Assembly: GCA_963703345.1 (NCBI GenBank)
Contig: OY969814.1
Span: 1,536,001 to 1,600,000, forward strand
Source: an uncultured Chloroflexia bacterium
Lineage (GTDB): Bacteria > Chloroflexota > Dehalococcoidia > DSTF01 > JALHUB01
Length of the DNA: 64,000 bases
Direction of reading: 5' to 3'
Position numbers and translations under genes: made by a program. The notes under the pieces were generated by a model. It was not told the origin of the DNA. It saw nothing but the letters and a program-made list of their open reading frames with translations, and ran no database searches. Below, one piece after another: positions 57,544 to 64,000 of this stretch (its first letter is position 1; each line of letters opens with the position of its first letter).

Positions 57544-57990
57544 CTAGCGGCGGATCGCCCGCTGCATCTGGCGCTCCGCCTCCCGCTTAGCTATCGCCTC
57601 CCGCTTGTCGTGACTCCGACGCCCCCGCGCCAGCGCCAGCTCCAGCTTCGCGCGACCGTTCTTCAGATACATGCGAAGCGGGACCAGCGTCAGCCCCTTC
57701 TCCTCCAGCGCCGCGCTCAGCTCCCGCATCTCCGACTTGTGCAGCAGCAGCTTGCGCCTCCGCGTCGGCTCGTGATTGAAGCGACCCGCCGCCGGGTACT
57801 GCGCGATGTGCGCGCTCTGCAGCCACAGCTCCCCGTCGTCCGGCCGCGCGAACGCCTCCCGCAGGCTGACCCGTCCCTCCCGGACCGACTTTATCTCCGT
57901 TCCCGTGAGGACAAGGCCCGCCTCCACCGTCTCCAGGATGTGGTAGTCGTGCAGCGCCTTGCGATTGACGGCGATAACCTTCTCCGCCAC
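57544..57990 (-). CDS. smpB: SsrA-binding protein
   Basis: NRKA.HDY, EAGLVLTGTEIKS, RKLLLHK, DKRE. Confidence 0.97.
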   Translation of the reverse strand: MAEKVIAVNRKALHDYHILETVEAGLVLTGTEIKSVREGRVSLREAFARPDDGELWLQSAHIAQYPAAGRFNHEPTRRRKLLLHKSEMRELSAALEEKGLTLVPLRMYLKNGRAKLELALARGRRSHDKREAIAKREAERQMQRAIRR

Positions 57991-58016
57991 GGTTCCCTCC
58001 GACGCCTCAGCCTTCG

Positions 58017-59231
58017 CTACTGCCCCCCGTGGAGAAAGTCGATGGCGCTCAGCAACTGGCTGTCGCGCTTCGCCGCAACATCCGCGTCGCTGAGGCTGAC
58101 CTGGATGTCCGGCGTGATGCCCGTCTTGTCAATCCCGACACGATTCGGCGTGAGCCACTTCGCGACCGTCACGAAGAGAGCGCCGCGGTCATCACTCAAC
58201 TGCTCGGAGCGATTCACCGTCCCTTTGCCGAACGTCTTCTCGCCGATGATCGTCGCGCGGCCGTTGTCGTGCAATGCCGCCGACAGCACTTCCGAGCCGC
58301 TGGCGCTGTACTTGTTGACGAGTATCGCGATAGGTATCTGCGTCGCCTCGCCGCCGCTCTTGGCGCTGTACACCTTCTCGCTCTGATCGCGGTCCACTTC
58401 CACCAGAATCGTTCCGCTGTCCAGGAACATGTCGGCAACCTGCACCACGGTGTCGAGGAGTCCGCCGGGATTCCCGCGCAGATCGATTATCAGCCCCTTG
58501 TAGTTGCCCTTCGCTATCTGGTCGAGTTGCGGCTTGAGCTGCGACACCGTCAGCGCCGAGAATTCGCGTATCTGGACATACGCCAGGTCCGTCACGTCAT
58601 TGCCGTTTGCGTCCTTGAGCGTCCCGCCCGGCGGCTCGTTGGACACACTGTCCACCTGAATCGCGTCCCGCTTTATCGTCAGCTCCACCACCTCGCCGTC
58701 CGTGTGCTGCAGCTTCAGCCGGACCTCGCTGCCCTTAGGCCCGCGTATTTTCGTCACCGCCTGATCGATATTCCAGCCGTCCGTCGATTCCCCGTCGACC
58801 TCCAGGATGATGTCGCCGGCCCTCACGCCCGCCGCTTCCGCCGGCGTCCCCTTAATCGGCGACAGTATCACTATCTTCCCATTCTGCTGCGTCACGTTCG
58901 CGCCGATGCCCTCGAAGACGCCAGAGGGCATGATGCTGACGCCGTAGGTCTGCGGGTCGACATAATACGTGCCGGTGTCCGCCAGCGACTTCACCATCCC
59001 GTTGATCGCGGCCTGCGTCAGCGTCTTGCCGTCGATCAGCGACTGGTCGACATAATCTCGCTGCAACAGCCCGTATATCTCGTAGAGGGCGTTGAAATCA
59101 GGCGAGCCATTCGCCGTGCTCGCCTCCGAGCCGCCGCGGTTCCTCTCGAAGGTGACGCCAAGTGCGAAGGTGACGGCCGCCAGCGTGACCACCAGGGCGC
59201 CGAATACTGCCCATTTAGCCGCTTTCGACAT
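58017..59231 (-). CDS. ctpA: S41 carboxy-terminal processing protease with PDZ domain
   Basis: GIGA PDZ, DLRGNPGG, SASGSE, TFGKG. Confidence 0.92.
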   Translation of the reverse strand: MSKAAKWAVFGALVVTLAAVTFALGVTFERNRGGSEASTANGSPDFNALYEIYGLLQRDYVDQSLIDGKTLTQAAINGMVKSLADTGTYYVDPQTYGVSIMPSGVFEGIGANVTQQNGKIVILSPIKGTPAEAAGVRAGDIILEVDGESTDGWNIDQAVTKIRGPKGSEVRLKLQHTDGEVVELTIKRDAIQVDSVSNEPPGGTLKDANGNDVTDLAYVQIREFSALTVSQLKPQLDQIAKGNYKGLIIDLRGNPGGLLDTVVQVADMFLDSGTILVEVDRDQSEKVYSAKSGGEATQIPIAILVNKYSASGSEVLSAALHDNGRATIIGEKTFGKGTVNRSEQLSDDRGALFVTVAKWLTPNRVGIDKTGITPDIQVSLSDADVAAKRDSQLLSAIDFLHGGQ

Positions 59232-59436
59232 CTCGTCGCTCCTTCGTGATTAGAGTGGCTCCCAACACACCGTTCACCGGAGTCTGCGGAGCTTCGGCGT
59301 CTCCGGCGAAGCTCAGTCTAGCATCTCGCGACTGCGCCCGCAATTTGACCGCCGATCGACTCGACAGGGGAACAGTTGACATAACTCCGGCGCCGGAATG
59401 GAGACGACGCTCCCGAGTCCGTCTTTGACTGACAAG

Positions 59437-60270
59437 CTAGCCGGCCCAATGCGCCGGCGCCCTTCGGCCCCTGACCGTCCCTCGGCGCTGGCGAGAGGCG
59501 TAGAGTGCCCTGTCTGCCCGCGCCAGCAGCTCCTCGCTCGACTTCGCATCGTCAGGATAAGTGCCCACGCCGGTGGAGACTTCCAGTGCCACGTCCACCA
59601 GGATCCCCGCGCCCCAGTCGCGTCGCCTCGAAACCATCTGACGTATCTTCGTCGCAATCGACCCCGCGGCCTCGGCGTCCGTCTCCGGCAGGATAAGAAC
59701 GAACTCGTCGCCGCCGTAACGCGCGGCAGTGTCGCAAGACCGCACGTTTTCCGCGAGAAGGCGCCCCAGGAAGCTCAACAACTCATCGCCGGCCAGGTGC
59801 CCGTAGCGGTCGTTGACCTCCTTGAAGCCGTTGACGTCCAGCATTATGACGCTCAGATGGCGACCGTAACGACGCGCACGCTCGAATTCAGAGCGAAGCT
59901 GATCATGGAAGTAGCGGTGATTGTACAGGCCCGTCAGGTTGTCGTGATAGGCCAGGTGGTGCAGGCTCTCGCTCAACCGCTCGAGGTGCTCCGAGTACGA
60001 CCGCTCGAGTTTCAGGTTGGCTCGCCCGGCCTGCCTGGCCAGAAGCAGCGCGTACAGCGCTACAAGGCCGACCAGGCCCGTCTCCGACACCTCGTACGCG
60101 TGAGACGGCAGCACCCATCGTCCAACCAGCGACCAAACGAGAAGCGCGGCGAACACCAGGATGCCGATGCCGCGCAAGAGCCAACCTGCGCTGCCCGATT
60201 CTACGCGCCCCCGTTCGAGTCCGGCTTCGTCCGGATCGTCCGCCGTCGCCGGGGAGCTGGCGCCTCTCAT
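59437..60270 (-). CDS. Membrane-bound diguanylate cyclase
   Basis: Two TM segments, coiled coil, D.LTGLYN, RYGGDEF, RxxD I-site (RSCD); start uncertain (60270-60369). Confidence 0.9.
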   Translation of the reverse strand: MRGASSPATADDPDEAGLERGRVESGSAGWLLRGIGILVFAALLVWSLVGRWVLPSHAYEVSETGLVGLVALYALLLARQAGRANLKLERSYSEHLERLSESLHHLAYHDNLTGLYNHRYFHDQLRSEFERARRYGRHLSVIMLDVNGFKEVNDRYGHLAGDELLSFLGRLLAENVRSCDTAARYGGDEFVLILPETDAEAAGSIATKIRQMVSRRRDWGAGILVDVALEVSTGVGTYPDDAKSSEELLARADRALYASRQRRGTVRGRRAPAHWAG

Positions 60271-60394
60271 CGCTCGTCCGATCCTTCCGGGCAGCGTGAA
60301 GCTAGGTCGCGACGGCATTCGCGTAAGGCTTTTCGACCGCAGACCGGCGAGACAGGGCCGCCGCGACAAGCGGATTCAGAGTCAACATAACAGC

Positions 60395-60490
60395 GCCTTC
60401 GGTAGCCCGGCTGCCGTAGCCCGCGGCACGCGGACCCTAGGCCCGTTGCTTTGCGCCCCAACCTTTCGGCTGGTTTGCCCTTGTCGAGCA
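60395..60490 (-). ncRNA. c-di-GMP-I (GEMM) riboswitch
   Basis: GGGCAAACCAGCC-GAAA-GGTTGG-GGCGCAAAGC...GGCAGCCGGGCTACCGAA. Confidence 0.9.
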
Positions 60491-60519
60491 CTCGCGGAGA
60501 ACACTTTGCTCTCTATGGA

Positions 60520-60547
60520 TTATCGGCCGCTGTCGCAGCCGGCTTGA
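60520..60547 (-). promoter_or_regulatory. sigma28-like promoter driving the riboswitch-DGC unit
   Basis: TCAA-16 nt-GCCGATAA (consensus -10). Confidence 0.7.
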
Positions 60548-60643
60548 CCACCTTCCGCCGAGTCAAGCTTACATAACTACCATAGTGCGATCATACGAGG
60601 ACGATTGACGAAGGCTGTTTCTGGGGAGATGTCGTCGCTGCGC

Positions 60644-61195
60644 CTAGCGGTGTCGCGTAAGCGCGAGCTCCTGATTGCTACCCAGGCGGTCCAGCCGCTC
60701 CACGACCCGCAGGTCGCGTCGCCACCGTCGCCTGCCGAGATAATGATGCGCCTCATTCGAAGAAGCGAAGTGGCTTGGCAACGTGACGAGTGAAGCTCCC
60801 ACAGCGATGGCCGTCAACGGCAAGGCGGCCCAGAGCGCCACGCCAGCCGCCAGCGCTACGACGGCGAGTCCGACGGAGGCCGTGGACGCCAGCATCCCCT
60901 GCCAGGCCGGCAAACTCCAGAACGAAACCTCAATCGACACCCGCTTTGTCACTTGCGGTTCAGGAGCAGCCATCCGCGCTAGACTGGCTCTCTCGCAATC
61001 GTAAGCAGCCCGCGAGTCCGGTGAGCCGAGCACCTCGAACGCGCGGTTTAGCTCTGCGAGGCGATGTTCTACAAAGGCATCCTCGTCCATCGCCGCCTTG
61101 TACTTGCGCGCCAGACACCAGTATGACTGAACGACCATCGTCTGATCGGCATTCGGATGGAGTTGCAGGACCTGGTAGTAGTCGCGTTCTTCCAT
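60644..61195 (-). CDS. J-domain-like membrane protein
   Basis: DYYQVL, LNRAFEVL...R..YD; HPD absent; two C-terminal TM segments. Confidence 0.7.
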   Translation of the reverse strand: MEERDYYQVLQLHPNADQTMVVQSYWCLARKYKAAMDEDAFVEHRLAELNRAFEVLGSPDSRAAYDCERASLARMAAPEPQVTKRVSIEVSFWSLPAWQGMLASTASVGLAVVALAAGVALWAALPLTAIAVGASLVTLPSHFASSNEAHHYLGRRRWRRDLRVVERLDRLGSNQELALTRHR

Positions 61196-61301
61196 GCTTC
61201 GCCTTCAGATTCGTCATCGGAGCTTTGCAGGCATTTACTATAACGCGACTCCCTCGCGAAGGTTTCACACCTTTTCGTCCGAGCGCGAGAGGCGGTCAGA
61301 A

Positions 61302-61550
61302 TTATGTCAACATTCCCCTCACCTGCTGCTGCACCTCCGACAGCTCCGGGAAGTGCCCCGTCGCCACCTTCGAGTACACCAGCTCGCCGTTTACGGTCAC
61401 CTCGAACCTGCCGCCGCCCGACGGCACGAGGCGCAGCCCTTCCACGCGTTGTCCCAGCTCCGTCAGCAGCTCAGCCGCCGTCCAGACGGCTCTCAACGTG
61501 TAGTTTCAGGTCACGCAGTATTCAATCTCGATGCTCAGCTTCTCGCTCAT
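61302..61550 (-). CDS. Rdx family (SelT/SelW/SelH) selenoprotein, 82 aa
   Basis: MSEKLSIEIEYCVT-UGA-NY (CxxU) in frame with PSGGGRFEV...SK..G.FP; GGAGG SD; downstream hairpin. Confidence 0.88.
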
Positions 61551-61666
61551 GCTCTTGTCCTCCAGTTGCCGACTGTGTTAAGAGATTAGCGCGTCGTTCC
61601 TCTTATGATAAGAGCCGCGTCGCGGCTGTCAATTCGAATGGAACTCCGCAGGACTAGGAGTGCTTG

Positions 61667-62446
61667 ATGCGACTTCGCCCCCGCCTTCTTGTCGTTCTGG
61701 TTTGCCTTCTCCCGATCGTCGCCTGCAGCGGCAGCGAGAAGCTCACCTATCTCGCGCTCGGCGACTCCTTCGCCACCGGCCTCGGCGCCTCCAAGGCAGA
61801 CCTTGGCTACGTTCCGCTCTTCTACTCGTACCTGCGTGAAAACCCCAAGCAGGACCTCTCGCTTGTCTCCGAGGCGGTCGTCGGCGAGACGACCGCGAGC
61901 GCCATAGCTACCGGCCAGCTCGGCAAAGCCCTCGCCGAGCTCAGGTTCCGCAATCAGGACAAAGACCCAACGAACAACGTCATCGTCATAACTCTTGACC
62001 TCGGCATAAACGACGTCAACGCCCTCGTGCCCGCCGGACAGCCTTGCGCGCCGCCCGTTGCTCCCAACAGCTCGGGCTGCGTGAGCGCCGCCAACGCAAG
62101 GGTCGATGCGGCCGAGCAGAACCTCACGGCCATCCTTCATTCCCTGCGTGTGGCCGCCGGCTCCGACGTCAAGATCTTCGTCATCAACTGCTTCAACTCC
62201 TACTCAGGCACCGGCCAGCCCATCGAAGCGACGCTGGACGCGCTCGTGACGCTCATCAACCAGAAGATCGCTGCTGTGGCCGCCCTTCCGGACGTGGACG
62301 CAAAGCTAGTCGATGCCTACGACGCCTTCAAAGGCAGAGGCGCCCAGCTTACCAGCGTCGGCGCCCCTTCCGGCGACTTCCATGCCAACGACGCCGGCTA
62401 TCGCGTCCTGGCCGACCTGCTGATCGCCGCCTACCGCAACTCCTAG
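61667..62446 (+). CDS. SGNH/GDSL hydrolase lipoprotein
   Basis: IVAC lipobox, ALGDS, GIND, DFHAN..GY. Confidence 0.88.
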   Translation: MRLRPRLLVVLVCLLPIVACSGSEKLTYLALGDSFATGLGASKADLGYVPLFYSYLRENPKQDLSLVSEAVVGETTASAIATGQLGKALAELRFRNQDKDPTNNVIVITLDLGINDVNALVPAGQPCAPPVAPNSSGCVSAANARVDAAEQNLTAILHSLRVAAGSDVKIFVINCFNSYSGTGQPIEATLDALVTLINQKIAAVAALPDVDAKLVDAYDAFKGRGAQLTSVGAPSGDFHANDAGYRVLADLLIAAYRNS

Positions 62447-62480
62447 CGCGCGAACAACCGCGGCATTACTGTCCAGCGCC

Positions 62481-62728
62481 ACTTCCATGGCGGGTGCGAT
62501 TCTTGGTTGTCAAGTCCGATGATCGCGTTCTCGATGCGCTCGTCGTCCTGCGGACTCCTCGCGCCGACGCCGAACCTTCCAACCAACCGAGACCATTCCA
62601 ACCGACGCGCCGTTCGATCCCTCCCGAAGCATCCGACCTCCATGAGAGGTACGATTCCTGTTGTCGACTGCGATGATCGCGTTCTCGATGCGCTCGTCGC
62701 TTCGCTCCTCGCGCCTACGACCGACCCC
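62481..62728. repeat. Two imperfect ~95-bp intergenic direct repeats
   Basis: Identical 29-nt core at 62517-62545 and 62671-62699. Confidence 0.75.
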
Positions 62729-62849
62729 GTAGCTCCACCCGACGAACACCCCTGTCTCCCCAGCGGTTGACTTATCTCACCCGACCGACTATCTTTACCC
62801 CCGATCAGCCGGACAGACAAGCCAGCGAAAGGTGGGGAGGGCTAGAAGC

Positions 62850-64000
62850 ATGGAGCAGAGCTTCTGGCAGAAGCGGTTGTCTCGACGCCGGCTGCTTGGG
62901 GCCACCTCCCTCGCCGTCGCCGGCGGTAGCGCCGCCCTCATCCTGCCCCGACGCTTCGTCGGTCGCTCTCCGCAGGCTCAAGCTCAGACCGGCCCCGTAA
63001 TCGCCGAAGACATCCGCCATAACGCCCCCGAGCTCGCGAAGGGTGAATTCCGCGGGCTCGAATGGGATTCCGCCGGCGCGCCTCTCCTGCGTGCCGCCGC
63101 TGCTTCAGGCGGCGACTACATCTCGCCAATCGTCAAGACCAGCTTCCCTGTCACCCACATCGGCCTCCACTGGCGCGGCGACGGCCCGGGCTGGGACCGC
63201 ATCGACTTCGACCTGCGCACCTCCAGCGACGGTGCTACCTGGTCGCCCTGGCGACGCCTCTCCATCGAGGCCGAGCCGCAGCAGAACCCGCGTCGCGAAC
63301 GGTTCGCCGCCCTCGTCTGGGCGCCCGGCGCATCTTATGTCCAGTACCGCGCCGCCTTCCCCGCCGACACACCCGAGCAGCCGGCGCTGCGGAGCGTAAC
63401 CGTCACTGCCCTCAGCGCGGCTTCGCCTGCCGTCATTCAGGCGGCTCGCGCCACCAAGACGCCCACGCCGGGCAAGACACCGACCTCCGCCGTCACCCCC
63501 GCGCCGACAAACGACGCCGCCAATCTTCCGCCGCCCTTCGCCTCCGGCCAGCTCATAAGCCGCGAGGCCTGGGGCGCGCCGGACAGCTATCGCTTTGACC
63601 CCGACGGCAGCGAGCACTGGGCGCGCATGTACATACCCACGAAGAAGATGATCGTCCATCACACCGCCACGCTAACCAACGATAACCCGCAGGACCCCAA
63701 CTACCCCTATCCCTCCTACACCGCCGACCAGGTTTTCCAGGATATCCAGTCCATCTACTACTACCACGCCATCTCCCTCGGTTGGGGCGACATCGGCTAC
63801 AACGCCCTCATCGACCGCTTCGGCCGCGTCTTTGAAGGGCGCCGCGGTCGCGACAGCGGCCCCAAGGGCGGCGGCCGCGAGATCATTAGCCCCGACGTTG
63901 TCGCCGGGCACGCCCTCCAATGGAACGAAGGCACCTGCGGCGTCTCCTGCTTCGGGAACTACGACGTTAACCAGCTCAGCGCCAACGAGCAAACGAACCT
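62850..64000 (+). CDS. Tat-exported N-acetylmuramoyl-L-alanine amidase (Amidase_2/PGRP-like), 3' truncated; not in ORF track
   Basis: SRRRLL signal; REAWGA, IVHHTA, GWGDIGYNALID..G..FEGR, AGHA motifs. Confidence 0.85.
   Translation, partial: MEQSFWQKRLSRRRLLGATSLAVAGGSAALILPRRFVGRSPQAQAQTGPVIAEDIRHNAPELAKGEFRGLEWDSAGAPLLRAAAASGGDYISPIVKTSFPVTHIGLHWRGDGPGWDRIDFDLRTSSDGATWSPWRRLSIEAEPQQNPRRERFAALVWAPGASYVQYRAAFPADTPEQPALRSVTVTALSAASPAVIQAARATKTPTPGKTPTSAVTPAPTNDAANLPPPFASGQLISREAWGAPDSYRFDPDGSEHWARMYIPTKKMIVHHTATLTNDNPQDPNYPYPSYTADQVFQDIQSIYYYHAISLGWGDIGYNALIDRFGRVFEGRRGRDSGPKGGGREIISPDVVAGHALQWNEGTCGVSCFGNYDVNQLSANEQTN

Noticed and set aside
61302-61496. 64-aa ORF, or a nonsense pseudogene
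   Set aside because: The UGA falls exactly at the CxxU site, with an upstream SD/ATG and a SECIS-like hairpin.
62517-62699. 29-nt repeats as a mini-CRISPR
   Set aside because: Only two copies, a 125-nt gap, and homologous flanks.

Overview
A high-GC bacterial chromosome segment, most consistent with Chloroflexota/Dehalococcoidia. This is inferred from the smpB-ssrA arrangement, the GEREFALVA tmRNA tag, the YYY/TIGR03663 membrane-protein pair and a secretin-less Tad locus. It carries housekeeping genes (dinG-like 3' end, cca, rnc-smc-ftsY, mutS, mutL, smpB-ssrA, ctpA), an archaeal-type envelope glycosylation cluster (8.1-17.3 kb) and a foreign-looking three-gene wHTH/wHTH/wHTH-nuclease cassette (17.4-18.9 kb). 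It also has a surface/adhesion region (25-42 kb: CAP protein, AAA ATPase, two Thr-rich LPxxG-anchored paralogs, two Flp pilins, a VWA-FHA protein, ECF sigma/anti-sigma and a tad operon), acyl-CoA/redox genes and an integrase-less island at the tmRNA 3' end. Three genes are missed or truncated by the ORF track: a second Flp pilin, an Rdx-family selenoprotein with an in-frame UGA, and a Tat-exported amidase running off the end. The strongest non-obvious signal is regulatory. Six sigma28 (FliA/WhiG)-type promoters, two intact c-di-GMP-I riboswitches plus one half-decayed copy, and tandem TAGG-N7-CCTA operator arrays link a diguanylate cyclase, the tad pilus genes and the surface proteins into one candidate circuit. 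All family calls come from motif recognition by eye; no searches were run.
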